Positions 9,556 to 18,468 of a DNA stretch of 64,000 nt are shown piece by piece. Where the stretch lies: assembly GCA_031552825.1 (NCBI GenBank), contig JAVBMD010000012.1, forward strand, positions 2,317-66,316. The letters run 5' to 3'. This DNA is from Eubacteriales bacterium. GTDB taxonomy: Bacteria; Bacillota; Clostridia; Christensenellales; Aristaeellaceae. The number at the start of each line of letters is the position of its first letter. Position 1 is the stretch's first letter. A model generated the notes under the pieces. It made no database searches. It was not told where the DNA came from and was given only the letters and a program-made list of their open reading frames with translations. Made by a program: the position numbers and the translations under genes.

Positions 9556-10335
9556 TTAGCGACTAAGCGTACCCTCCGTGGTGTTTGAGGTAGGTCCGCC
9601 CTCCGAACCAGACTCGGGACCCGTGCCGCTCTCGGTGCCCGTGCCGGTCTCAGGACCCGTACCGGTCTCGGTGCCCGTGCCGCTCTCGGTGCCCGTGCCG
9701 CTCTCGGCGCCCGTGCTGGTCTCGGTGCCCGTGCCGCTCTCGGTGCCCGTGCCGCTCTCGCTGCCCGTGCCGCTCTCGGTGCCCGTGCCGCTCTCGCTGC
9801 CCGTGCCGCTCTCGCTGCCCGTGCCGGTGCCGGTGCCAGCATTGTTTGCGGGTCCGCTGGGTCCCACGCCTTCGGTGTCGTCCTCGCCGTCGAGCGTGTC
9901 CCCCATGCCGGGTTCGCCCTGCGGAGCGATCGCATCCGTGCCATCTTGGGAGGCTTGCGTGCCGGTCGCGCTAGGCGCGCTGGTCGCACCAGCCGGACCG
10001 GTCTCCTCGGTCGAACGGGCGATATCGTTCGCATCGGTATCGTCGGCGGCGTTCTGCGGTACATTCGGAAGAAAAACCGCGTAATAAACGACATCATTGG
10101 TCACGGTATCCTTGCTCGCCTCCACCTGCACCAGTGTGCCATATCCCTGCGCAAGGAAGGAGTTGGCAATGCTCTCGATATGCGCCGCGATTTCCGGCGT
10201 CATATCTTTATTCTGGATTTTAACATACTGCTGCTGCGCGCCATTGTTGGGTGCGATACCGGCGCTCACGGCCAATACCCCAGACAGCAGCAAGACAAAC
10301 ACTACGCACAAGGCCACCAAAAAACGCTTATTCAT
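9556..10335 (-). CDS. Secreted protein with a C-terminal low-complexity (G-T-G-T/S-E-S)n repeat region
   Basis: Start at ATG 10335 (GGAGGA upstream). Signal peptide MNKRFLVALCVVFVLLLSGVLAVSA. About 80 aa of GTGTESGTGSES repeats. Confidence 0.6.
   Translation of the reverse strand: MNKRFLVALCVVFVLLLSGVLAVSAGIAPNNGAQQQYVKIQNKDMTPEIAAHIESIANSFLAQGYGTLVQVEASKDTVTNDVVYYAVFLPNVPQNAADDTDANDIARSTEETGPAGATSAPSATGTQASQDGTDAIAPQGEPGMGDTLDGEDDTEGVGPSGPANNAGTGTGTGSESGTGSESGTGTESGTGSESGTGTESGTGTETSTGAESGTGTESGTGTETGTGPETGTGTESGTGPESGSEGGPTSNTTEGTLSR
9613..9838. repeat. About 12 tandem copies of an 18-bp unit (CTCGGTGCCCGTGCCGCT and variants), in frame within the CDS
   Basis: Direct reading of the sequence. 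The units differ by 0-4 nt. Confidence 0.85.
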
Positions 10336-10476
10336 GACAAATGATCCTCCGCATGGTTTTCTCAAGTGTGCAAGGCCGCGCACATCTTGTTTACCATTCT
10401 ACCACGCCTTGGTTACTTGTCAACATTAGTTGTCGTGCTTAAATGTAACTTAATATGTGCTGCGCTTCGCCCGCCC

Positions 10477-11229
10477 TCACACCTCCGGCAGCCGCTTCAT
10501 TGACAGCGCGCCTTCCGCGGACGCTTCCCGCAGCGCCGCCAACTCCTCTGCCGACAGATCCCGGTACGCGCCGCGCGGCAAATCGCCGAGCTTGAGCGGC
10601 CCGAACTGCACGCGCCGCAGCGTCAGCACCTTATGCCCCACCGCCGCGAACATGCGCCGCACCTGCCGATTGCGTCCCTCGTGGATCGAGACCAACACCA
10701 TGCTGGCAAAGGTTTCGCGCCGGATGATCTGCACCTTGGCGGAAGCGGTAGGTCGATCGTCACCCTCGAGGCGGACGCCATGGCGAAGCGCGCGCAGCGC
10801 CGCCTCATCGGGTTCGCCGGTTACGCGGGCGATGTAGGTTTTCGTCACCTCATGGCTGGGATGCAGCAGGCGCTGCATCAGCTCGCCATCGTTGGTGAGC
10901 AGCAGCAGTCCTTCGCTGTCGAAGTCCAGCCGCCCCACCGGAAACAGGCGCACAGGGAACTCCGCAAACCGATCCAGCACGGTAGCTCGTCCGCGATCGT
11001 CGCTGGCGGTACACACCTCTCCGGCGGGCTTGTGGTAGAGGATGTAACGCTTTTCCTCCTCAAAGCGCACCGGCGCGCCGTCCACGGCAACGGTATCGCT
11101 CCCCTCGACCTGCACGCCCATCTCAGTAACCACAACACCGTTGACGCTGACCCGCCCTTCGGCGATCATCGCATCGCAATGCCTGCGCGAAGCCACGCCG
11201 CATTGCGCCAAATATTTGTTTAACCGCAT
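10477..11229 (-). CDS. rluB: rRNA pseudouridine synthase (RsuA/RluB family) with N-terminal S4 domain
   Basis: MRLNKYLAQCGVASRR S4 motif and the VGRLDFDSEGLLLLTNDG catalytic Asp motif. Confidence 0.85.
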   Translation of the reverse strand: MRLNKYLAQCGVASRRHCDAMIAEGRVSVNGVVVTEMGVQVEGSDTVAVDGAPVRFEEEKRYILYHKPAGEVCTASDDRGRATVLDRFAEFPVRLFPVGRLDFDSEGLLLLTNDGELMQRLLHPSHEVTKTYIARVTGEPDEAALRALRHGVRLEGDDRPTASAKVQIIRRETFASMVLVSIHEGRNRQVRRMFAAVGHKVLTLRRVQFGPLKLGDLPRGAYRDLSAEELAALREASAEGALSMKRLPEV

Positions 11230-11262
11230 GCCTTTGTATTCCTCTGTTTCTCGCTGTTTTCA

Positions 11263-12414
11263 TTACGCCAGTAGGCACCACGCGCGCAGCACCCGTGCCA
11301 GTTGATTCCACAGCGTCAGTTCCGCCACCGGATGGGCGGGATAGACCGGCAACTCGCACAGCACCACGCCGCCCGCGCGCAGTTGCGCCGTGCCGATGCG
11401 CTGATCCGCCGCCAGCGGCGCTTCCAGTTCCTCCGGCAGCGCCAGCACGATCGTGGGATTCTCCCGCTCGCTGAGCGGCGCGCCAAGCGGATCGCGCAGC
11501 ACCGCGTCCACGCGGCCATACACGCCGCGCTTCACCGGAAGGGAACGCAGCCGCTCGCCCGCGCCCAGCAGCACCACCTGCTGATACGCCGCGAAGGCCT
11601 GGTCCATCAGCCTCTGCGCCACATCGAACCAGTCCGGGCAACCCAGCACCGCGCCCACCAGCTCCAGCTCCCCGCGCCGCGCGCTGAACACCAAGCACCG
11701 CCCAGCGGCACGGGTATAGCCGGTTTTGATGCCGGTTGCGCCGGGATAGTCGCTAAGCAGGCGGTTTTTGTTGCGCAACTGGCGGTTGTAGGCGTGTCCC
11801 TCCCACGGAATCGAGGCGCGCTGCGTCGAAACGATGCGGCGGAATACCTCGTGCCGCATCGCCTCGCGGGCGATGGTGGCCAGATCGCGCGCGGTGGTGT
11901 AGTGATTGTCCATCGGCAGGCCGTGCGGGGTGATGAAGTGGGTGCGCGTCGCGCCCAATTCCTGCGCCCGCTGGTTCATCAGCTCGGCAAATCCCGCCAC
12001 CGAGCCGCCGATGTGCTCGGCGATGGCCACGGCGGCATCGTTGCCCGAGGCCAGCATCAGGCCTTGCAGCATCTCCTCCATGGTCAGCGTCTCGCCTAGG
12101 CCGAGGTAGATCGAAGTGCCGGGTACGCCGTAGGCCGCCTTGCCGCAGCGCACCGGTTCGGTCAGCTCGCAGCGCTCCAGCGCCAGCAACGCCGTCATCA
12201 CCTTGGTGGTGGAGGCCATGGGCAACTGCGCGTCGGCGTTTTGCTCGTACAGCACGCGGCCGCTGCTTTGCTCCAGAATGCAGGCGGCTTTGGCGCCCGC
12301 CGTTGCCGCCGCCGCCTCGGCCCCGACCTCTTCCTCGGCGCAAACTGCACCAACATCATTATACAGTAGCAAGAACACGATGAAAAGCCCGGCTATCCAT
12401 CTTTTCATACACAC
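11263..12414 (-). CDS. Serine-type D-Ala-D-Ala carboxypeptidase (PBP5/DacB-like)
   Basis: Signal peptide. SxxK (ASTTK), SxN (SGND) and KTG (IKTG) motifs are all present. Confidence 0.85.
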   Translation of the reverse strand: MCMKRWIAGLFIVFLLLYNDVGAVCAEEEVGAEAAAATAGAKAACILEQSSGRVLYEQNADAQLPMASTTKVMTALLALERCELTEPVRCGKAAYGVPGTSIYLGLGETLTMEEMLQGLMLASGNDAAVAIAEHIGGSVAGFAELMNQRAQELGATRTHFITPHGLPMDNHYTTARDLATIAREAMRHEVFRRIVSTQRASIPWEGHAYNRQLRNKNRLLSDYPGATGIKTGYTRAAGRCLVFSARRGELELVGAVLGCPDWFDVAQRLMDQAFAAYQQVVLLGAGERLRSLPVKRGVYGRVDAVLRDPLGAPLSERENPTIVLALPEELEAPLAADQRIGTAQLRAGGVVLCELPVYPAHPVAELTLWNQLARVLRAWCLLA

Positions 12415-12467
12415 AATCCCTTTCCTCCGCCCGCAAGCCGCATGCCAAAGCCTATGCGCGGAGGCGC

Positions 12468-12500
12468 AAAAAAAGCCGCTTCCCCCTGCGAAAAGCGGCT
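12468..12500 (-). terminator. Rho-independent terminator after ytfJ
   Basis: The minus strand reads AGCCGCTTTT..AAGCGGCT followed by TTTTTTT. Confidence 0.6.
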
Positions 12501-12513
12501 GCCCATGCTTCTG

Positions 12514-13002
12514 TTATTGTCCGTACACGCCGGTAGACGGATCGTACTCGGGCGTAACGATGGGCGGCGGCGCGGCCTTGCTTTTCTGCGGCTCGCCCGC
12601 CGGATCCGCCAAGATCTGTTTGAGATCGCCCACCACCTGCGGCAGCAATTCCATCACGCGATCCACCGGGGTGATGTAGTTGGCGCTGAGCAGCTTGACC
12701 TGCCCGTTGCCCACCACCAAGAAGCCCATCGGCTGCACCGACACGCCCGCGCCGCTGCCCCCCGCAAAGGGCAGATCCTCGGCCTGCTGCGCGCCCGGCG
12801 CGGCAGTCGCCTTCGCGCCCTTGGTATCGGCGCTGTATTCGCCGCCCCCAGCCACAAAACCGAAGGACACCCGTGAGATCGGGATGATGGTGCTTCCATC
12901 CTCGGTGCGCACCGGATCACCGATCACAGTATTAACGTCCACCATGTCCTTGATGTTTTCCATCGTCGTGCCCATCAGGCTTTCGATCGGATGCCGTTCC
13001 AT
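12514..13002 (-). CDS. ytfJ: GerW/YtfJ family sporulation protein
   Basis: MERHPIESLMGTTMENIKDMVDVNTVIGDPV...IIPISRVSFGFVAGGGEY is typical of YtfJ. The ORF-track N-terminal extension (to 13290) is Arg/Gly-rich and overlaps the upstream gene, so it was trimmed. Confidence 0.8.
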   Translation of the reverse strand: MERHPIESLMGTTMENIKDMVDVNTVIGDPVRTEDGSTIIPISRVSFGFVAGGGEYSADTKGAKATAAPGAQQAEDLPFAGGSGAGVSVQPMGFLVVGNGQVKLLSANYITPVDRVMELLPQVVGDLKQILADPAGEPQKSKAAPPPIVTPEYDPSTGVYGQ

Positions 13003-13589
13003 TTGTCTATCCATCCTTCCCATACCGCCAGCCATGCTATGGCCATAATGTCCCCGATGCGCACGGTGATTATGCAATCGGCGCCGAGCAGAAACACCGT
13101 CTGGCGATAATCGGGCAACACGCGCACCGTGGGATGCGTGCCGCCCGCGCGCAAGCGCGCGGCCAGCGCCAGCATCGATGCTTGGCACATGCCGTAGAGC
13201 AGCGCGGTAAACGCGGCATCCCCGGCGCCCACGCGCGCCGAAAGCGCCAGCGAATCGCATTGAATCGCCCTGCGCGCCCGCGCGCGGCAACGCGGCCTTC
13301 TTCTTATGAATACATAGATTCTTCGCAGATCGTTCAAGGAAGTTTGCGTCTCAGCGCTCGGCTGCTTCCGCCGCCGCCGAATCACCAGCGTCAGCCCCTT
13401 CTCCCGCCGCTCCAGCGCGGCGTCGAAAGCCATATGCAGCCCCAAGAGCGAAAGCTCCGCATGCAGCGAAGGAAGCCGGCCAATGTCCGCCCGCAGACGC
13501 GCGCGCACCTGTTGCAGGCACAGCAACGCCAGCAGCGCGCCAGCTATCGCGATTCGTGAAAGCATCACGCGCATCCCTCCCCACAGCAT
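12975..13589 (-). CDS. DUF2953-like sporulation protein (YtfI-like)
   Basis: N-terminal TM helix and a position immediately upstream of ytfJ, as in Bacilli and Clostridia. The start is uncertain within the first 9 codons. Confidence 0.5.
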   Translation of the reverse strand: MLWGGMRVMLSRIAIAGALLALLCLQQVRARLRADIGRLPSLHAELSLLGLHMAFDAALERREKGLTLVIRRRRKQPSAETQTSLNDLRRIYVFIRRRPRCRARARRAIQCDSLALSARVGAGDAAFTALLYGMCQASMLALAARLRAGGTHPTVRVLPDYRQTVFLLGADCIITVRIGDIMAIAWLAVWEGWIDKWNGIRSKA

Positions 13590-13667
13590 GTACTATTTGC
13601 TTGACATGGAAAAATAATGCGCTATGATGATATGGAAGAAATACACAAAAAGGTGGTGTTTCGCGTT

Positions 13668-14768
13668 ATGCAGGGTTTTTCTCGGTACACGCGTCTGCTC
13701 GCTTTGTTCGCCGCGCTGCTTTTGCCGCCTTGCGTCGCCCATGCGGAATTTTCGCAAGAAGAGCGCGCCGTCGCCGCCCGGGGATCGGGCATCTACTACT
13801 TTGCCGACATCGGCATTCCTGCCGAAACGCTGCTCGTCAGCGCCGATTTTTACATCGCGCAAGACGACATTATGTCGTCAATCCATACTCGACAGCTCGA
13901 TCCTTCCGAGGTAAAGGCGCTGCCCGCACCCGAAGGGCTCATCGCGCTGCAAATTCATTTGGACGAGGCAAAGGATCGCACAGCCACTCCAGCTGGGGGC
14001 TTTGACCAGATCGAGTTTTCATTTTCCACGGTGGGCGCGCCGTTCGGCGGCAAGTCGCGCGCGCTTCGCGCCGTCGCCACCGGCTATCAGTACCTGCCCG
14101 AAAAGCTCTATCTATATAAGGCGGAGACCGAGGGAGTGGTGGAGGATTCGATCTTCAGCGTTGTCAGCAACCTGCGAAACCCCTTCCGCGATAGTTGGTA
14201 CGCCTATGCGCAGGTCACGCAAGCCAACGAGATCATCGGCAGGCAAACCGGGATGGATGATAACACGCCATTCTACCTGATCGGCGAAGACGTGGTGCGG
14301 TTCTCCTTCTCGATCTGGGATAAGACAAAAGCAGGCCGTATATGGCAGGGATACGAGCTGGAAGCATCTCTCGCATCGCTGGATCTAGGCGAATCCATCA
14401 CCCTGCCGCTGAACGCCAACGCAAAGGAGTCCAGCGAGACGACGGTTACCGTCACCAAGGTGGCGCTGCTGCGCGACGGCGACCAGTTCACCGGCAGCAC
14501 CGGCACCCCGGCATCCGTGGCGAACGGCCTGCCGGATCCCATCAATTGGCCGGAAGATTCCGTCGGCCGCATCGTGGTGCTGGAGAGCGGCACCAACGTG
14601 CGCGAGGGCGGCAGCACCAATTATAAGGTGCTCACACGGGTACGCAAGGGCGATGTATTCTACGTCGTCGGCGCCGACGCCTCGGGCTGGTATGCCTTCT
14701 ATCTGCCGGAGGATGGGCAGCTCGCCTACATTCATCCCAGCAAAGTGGAGTTTACGCCGAGGCGATAG
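13668..14768 (+). CDS. Secreted protein with C-terminal bacterial SH3 domain
   Basis: Signal peptide ..LLALFAALLLPPCVAHA. C-terminal GTNVREGGSTNYKVLTRVRKGDVFYVVGADASGWYAF is SH3b-like. The start codon is uncertain (13617 or 13668). Confidence 0.5.
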   Translation: MQGFSRYTRLLALFAALLLPPCVAHAEFSQEERAVAARGSGIYYFADIGIPAETLLVSADFYIAQDDIMSSIHTRQLDPSEVKALPAPEGLIALQIHLDEAKDRTATPAGGFDQIEFSFSTVGAPFGGKSRALRAVATGYQYLPEKLYLYKAETEGVVEDSIFSVVSNLRNPFRDSWYAYAQVTQANEIIGRQTGMDDNTPFYLIGEDVVRFSFSIWDKTKAGRIWQGYELEASLASLDLGESITLPLNANAKESSETTVTVTKVALLRDGDQFTGSTGTPASVANGLPDPINWPEDSVGRIVVLESGTNVREGGSTNYKVLTRVRKGDVFYVVGADASGWYAFYLPEDGQLAYIHPSKVEFTPRR

Positions 14769-14788
14769 ACATCTGCATTCAAACAACG

Positions 14789-14817
14789 GCGCCGCGCGGG
14801 ATTTCCCCGCGCGGCGC
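14789..14817. terminator. Bidirectional hairpin between convergent genes
   Basis: GCGCCGCGCGGG / ATTT / CCCCGCGCGGCGC, followed by TGGCTTTTATTATT. Confidence 0.6.
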
Positions 14818-14826
14818 TGGCTTTTA

Positions 14827-15435
14827 TTATTCGGTTTCCTCGAGCGTCTCCTCGGCGCTTTGCGCCATGAGCTGCTGCACGGTGGGCGCATCCTCTCCTT
14901 CGGCCAGCTCGGCCTGCAGCGGCACGGAAAGGTCGATCTCCGGCAACTCCTCCAGCGAGGAGATGCAGAAGTGGCGCAAAAATTCATCGGTGGTGCCGTA
15001 GAGGATGGGGCGGCCCAGCGCCTCCTTGCGGCCGATATCCTGAATCATTCGCTTTTGCACCAGCGAGGAGATCGAATAATCGCACTTTACGCCGCGGATG
15101 GCTTCCACCTCGCTGCGCGTCACCGGCTGCTTGTAGGCGACCACCGCCAACGTCTCCAGCGCGGCTTGCGAAAGCGACTGCTTCTGCACCGGCTGCAGCA
15201 GCCGCTCCACGTAGGGCGCGTAATCCGGCCGGGTGGCCAGCTGCACGCAACTACCAAAGCGCAGCAGGCGGATGCCCCGCTTGCCAAATTCATATTCGCC
15301 ATCCAGCGCGTCCAGCGCGTCCTTGAGCTCTTCCGGGGTAACCTCCAGCGCCTCCAGCAGCGCATCCCGCTCCACCGGCTCCCCGGCCACGAACAGGATG
15401 GCCTCAATGATGGCGCTCAACTCATTCCGCTCCAA
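14827..15435 (-). CDS. scpB: SMC-Scp complex subunit ScpB
   Basis: AIIEAILFVAGEPV..., LSQAALETLAVVAYKQPVTRSEVEAIRGV and GRPILYGTT.FL motifs. Confidence 0.9.
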   Translation of the reverse strand: MERNELSAIIEAILFVAGEPVERDALLEALEVTPEELKDALDALDGEYEFGKRGIRLLRFGSCVQLATRPDYAPYVERLLQPVQKQSLSQAALETLAVVAYKQPVTRSEVEAIRGVKCDYSISSLVQKRMIQDIGRKEALGRPILYGTTDEFLRHFCISSLEELPEIDLSVPLQAELAEGEDAPTVQQLMAQSAEETLEETE

Positions 15436-16186
15436 GGGCTTCCCTCCCGCCGCTCGACTTCAGCATAATCTCGCCGAACACTTCGCTCTGCTCAATGTGC
15501 AGCTTCCCCATGCGCAGCATCTCCAGCAGCGCCATAAACAGCGTCACCACCTCGTCACGGGTGGGGCGCTCGGAAAACAGATGCGTAAAGGCTACCGGCC
15601 CGCGCCGAATGCGCGAGGAGATGCGGAACACGCATTCCTGAATCGAGTAAGTTTCGCGCACGATCTCGCGTGCGGCGTGTACCACCTCCTCGGGCTCGAC
15701 GGCGCGGAGCATCAACCGGCGAAAGGCGGCGACCAGCCCATCCATCGTCAGGTTATCCAGCTGAAAGCTGGGAGGCGGCAGCGGGTATTCCTCGGGCAGC
15801 TTGGAGAACACCGCCCGCGCTGCCTGCTCGATGCTCTGCATCTCCCCCGCGCCTTCCTTGATGGCCTTGTACTCGTGCAGGCGGCGGATTAACGCTTGCT
15901 CCGGCGACTCCTCGCCTTCCTCCTCCGGGGCGGGCATGCGCGGCAACAGCGCGCGGGATTTGATCTCCAGCAGCATGGCCGCCATGGTCAAAAACTCGCT
16001 GGCGGTATCCATATCCAGCGAGTCGATGCCCTGCATGGAGGCTAAGTACTGCTCGGTGATCTCCGATACAAAAATATCGCAAATATCAACCTTGGCCTTA
16101 CTGATGAGGTGCAGCAGCAGGTCGAGCGGCCCTTCGAATTGATTGAGTTGTACTTCGTAGGCCATGCGTTTCCTCCGCTCAGACAA
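15422..16186 (-). CDS. scpA: Segregation and condensation protein A
   Basis: Starts ..YEVQLNQFEGPLDLLLHLI, the typical ScpA N-terminus. Overlaps scpB. Confidence 0.9.
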   Translation of the reverse strand: MSERRKRMAYEVQLNQFEGPLDLLLHLISKAKVDICDIFVSEITEQYLASMQGIDSLDMDTASEFLTMAAMLLEIKSRALLPRMPAPEEEGEESPEQALIRRLHEYKAIKEGAGEMQSIEQAARAVFSKLPEEYPLPPPSFQLDNLTMDGLVAAFRRLMLRAVEPEEVVHAAREIVRETYSIQECVFRISSRIRRGPVAFTHLFSERPTRDEVVTLFMALLEMLRMGKLHIEQSEVFGEIMLKSSGGREALGAE

Positions 16187-16237
16187 AAGTTTTCTAGCGA
16201 TTTTTTCCCGCTTCGCGGGAGAAAACAGCTTCGAGCA

Positions 16238-17005
16238 TCAGGCCCCGCCGGTCATCGCTAAAAACAGCGTGAGCACGCCGCCTTGAATGTTGGATGCGAA
16301 AAAGTAGATCACATCGCTGACAATGTCGGTGGTGTAGGAAAGCAGCAGCAGGATCGCCATGCCGCCCTGCATGAACTGCGGCGGTAAGCGCAGGCCGCCC
16401 TTAAACAGCAGATCATCGAACACATGATAGCCATCCAGCGGCGGAATCGGGAATAGGTTGAATATCGCCAGCGACAGGTTCATCTGCGCGAAGAGCGATA
16501 GGAATGCCAGCACCGGCGCCAAGGAGAAGTTGCGAATGAGGGGACTAAAATTGTTCGCGCCCTGAATCAGCGCGTAATTATAGCCGAACAGATCCAAGAA
16601 GGTGCGCGAACCCAAGTACTCGATTGCATCGGCGTTCCACAGAAAGCCATTGAGCGCAACGCTGAGCGCCGTGGCCAGCAAAAACAGGATCAGGTTGACG
16701 GTAACCCCGGCGACCGACACCTTGAGATCGTCGCTCCTGCCGTTGCGGTAATTGCGCGGATTCACCGGCACCGGCTTGGCCCAGCCGAAACCCACGGTCA
16801 GCATCATCAGGGTACCCAACACATCGAGATGGCGCAGGGGATTGAAGGTCATGCGCCCCATCAGCCGCGCGGTGGGATCGCCGCAGCGGTTGGCCACCCA
16901 CGCATGCGCCCATTCGTGGCAGGAAAGCGAGATAATCAGCGCCGGAACGCGGTACATCGCCAGCTGGAAAAATAGCGTGGGGTTTTTTTGCAGCAATTCT
17001 AGCAA
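16238..17005 (-). CDS. Site-2 protease family (M50) membrane metalloprotease
   Basis: HEWAHAW (HExxH) in the first TM and NLFPIPPLDGYHV in a later TM. The start was placed at TTG 17005 (GGGAGG 9 nt upstream) because the ORF-track start lies inside the upstream gene. Confidence 0.7.
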   Translation of the reverse strand: MLELLQKNPTLFFQLAMYRVPALIISLSCHEWAHAWVANRCGDPTARLMGRMTFNPLRHLDVLGTLMMLTVGFGWAKPVPVNPRNYRNGRSDDLKVSVAGVTVNLILFLLATALSVALNGFLWNADAIEYLGSRTFLDLFGYNYALIQGANNFSPLIRNFSLAPVLAFLSLFAQMNLSLAIFNLFPIPPLDGYHVFDDLLFKGGLRLPPQFMQGGMAILLLLSYTTDIVSDVIYFFASNIQGGVLTLFLAMTGGA

Positions 17006-17156
17006 AATGGTTTTCCTCCCGTCAAAAGCTGGTATCGGCTTATTATACAGCAGGCGGGAGGGTTGCGCAATGTTTGGCGCAAACAAACGAAAACCGGGTT
17101 CGAGGCTCCCTATGCCCCGAACCCGGTCCTGAATCCGGTTACTGTATGTCAAAGGA

Positions 17157-18377
17157 TTAGAACCGCCAACCCTGCAAGATCCGCAGCAACCCCTCCAACA
17201 TGCCGGGCAGCAGCACCTCGCCTGCGGCCACCAGCGGCAGGCGGCGGATTTCCTGCCCATCGCGGAGCACACGCACCTCGCCCAGCGCCTCTCCCTCGCG
17301 GATCGGCGCGCTGACGCTATCGGGCAGCACAGCTTCTAGGCTCAGGCTCTTTTCCTCACCGCGCCGCATCAGCAGCGACAACGCCTCGCCGATCACGGCG
17401 TCGACGGCATCCTGCGCGCCGCGGCGCACCGCCACCTGCATGCCCACCTTCTCGCCCCGCTTGGCGGCCTGCACAAGCTGGTAGTTGGCAAAGCCGTAGT
17501 CCAGCATGGCGCGCGCGGTATCGAAGCGCGCTTGGCTACCCGAGGAACCCAGCACCACAGCGATCAACCGCAAGTTGCCGCGCTTGGCGCTGGCTGAAAC
17601 GCAATAGCGCGCCTCATTGGTGGAGCCGGTTTTGTAGCCGTCGCAATTCTCGTAGAAGCGCACGAGGCGGTTGGTATTGGTCAGATCGGTCACGCGCCCG
17701 CCCTTGTGGGTGATGGTATCCATCCAAATGGTGCTGTAGTTATAATACCGCGGATGCGCGTCGAGCCGACGCGAAAGCTCGGCCACGTCGCGCGCGGTGG
17801 TATACTGCCCGTCTGCGGGCAGTCCGGTGCAGTTGGCGTAGCGCGTGTTGTCCAGCCCTAACTCCTGCGCGCGGGCGTTCATGCGCTGCACGAACACCTC
17901 CTCCGCCCCGGCCAGATGCTCGGCCAGCGCAACGGCGGCATCGTTAGCGCTGGCAATGATGGTGGACTTGAGCAAATCCTCCAGCCGGTAGTACTGGTTG
18001 CCGTCGAGCAATGCTTGGCTGCCGCCCATGCCGGAAGCGCGCGAGCTGGACAGCACCTGATCTTCCAGCTTCACCTCGCCCGCATCCAGCGCCTCCAGCG
18101 TCAGCAGGATGGTCATCAGCTTGGTGATGCTGGCCACCGGGCGGCGCTCATCGGCGTTGACGGCGAAGATCGGCTGGCCGGTGGAGGCCTCGATGAGCAC
18201 GGCGGACACGGCGTCCATCTTGATCGAGGGCGCGGTTTCCAGCGGCGCAACCTGCTGCGTGGTATCAGCAAACGCCGAAACCGACTCCGCCGCGCCCGCC
18301 GCCGAGGCGGCGCAACACAGCGCCAGCGCGCAGATCAGTGCCGCGCCGCGCCGGAACCATTGATTATATTTCATCAT
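17157..18377 (-). CDS. Serine-type D-Ala-D-Ala carboxypeptidase (DacB/DacF-like)
   Basis: Start ATG 18377 (GGGAGG 6 nt upstream) with a signal peptide. Has SITK, SAND and YKTG motifs and a C-terminal PBP5_C-like domain. Confidence 0.85.
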   Translation of the reverse strand: MMKYNQWFRRGAALICALALCCAASAAGAAESVSAFADTTQQVAPLETAPSIKMDAVSAVLIEASTGQPIFAVNADERRPVASITKLMTILLTLEALDAGEVKLEDQVLSSSRASGMGGSQALLDGNQYYRLEDLLKSTIIASANDAAVALAEHLAGAEEVFVQRMNARAQELGLDNTRYANCTGLPADGQYTTARDVAELSRRLDAHPRYYNYSTIWMDTITHKGGRVTDLTNTNRLVRFYENCDGYKTGSTNEARYCVSASAKRGNLRLIAVVLGSSGSQARFDTARAMLDYGFANYQLVQAAKRGEKVGMQVAVRRGAQDAVDAVIGEALSLLMRRGEEKSLSLEAVLPDSVSAPIREGEALGEVRVLRDGQEIRRLPLVAAGEVLLPGMLEGLLRILQGWRF

Positions 18378-18468
18378 AAAAAACCTCCCGCTCCTGATGG
18401 GCAAAGCTTGCCCTGCGAGAGATTTTTTCATGCGAGAATTTGTATGGATATGGTTGTCAGTTAACCTT

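Noticed and set aside
9613-9838. Possible CRISPR array, because of the regular short repeats.
   Set aside because: The units are directly adjacent with no spacers, the period is 18 bp, the array is in frame within a CDS, and no cas genes are present.
9384-10097. 237-aa ORF with striking PRAARAARA repeats, and the plus-strand PVPLSVPVPLS ORF at 9578-10084.
   Set aside because: Both are alternative-frame readings of the 18-bp minisatellite. The frame with a signal peptide, an RBS and a non-repetitive N-terminal domain (9556-10335) is the credible one.
13003-13290. Long N-terminal extension of the ytfJ ORF, and similar extensions on spo0A, rpsB, dacB, the fucU-like gene, the BMC-P genes and the second BMC-H gene.
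   Set aside because: The extensions overlap upstream genes or promoters and lack an RBS. Internal starts give canonical family N-termini preceded by GGAGG-type Shine-Dalgarno sequences.
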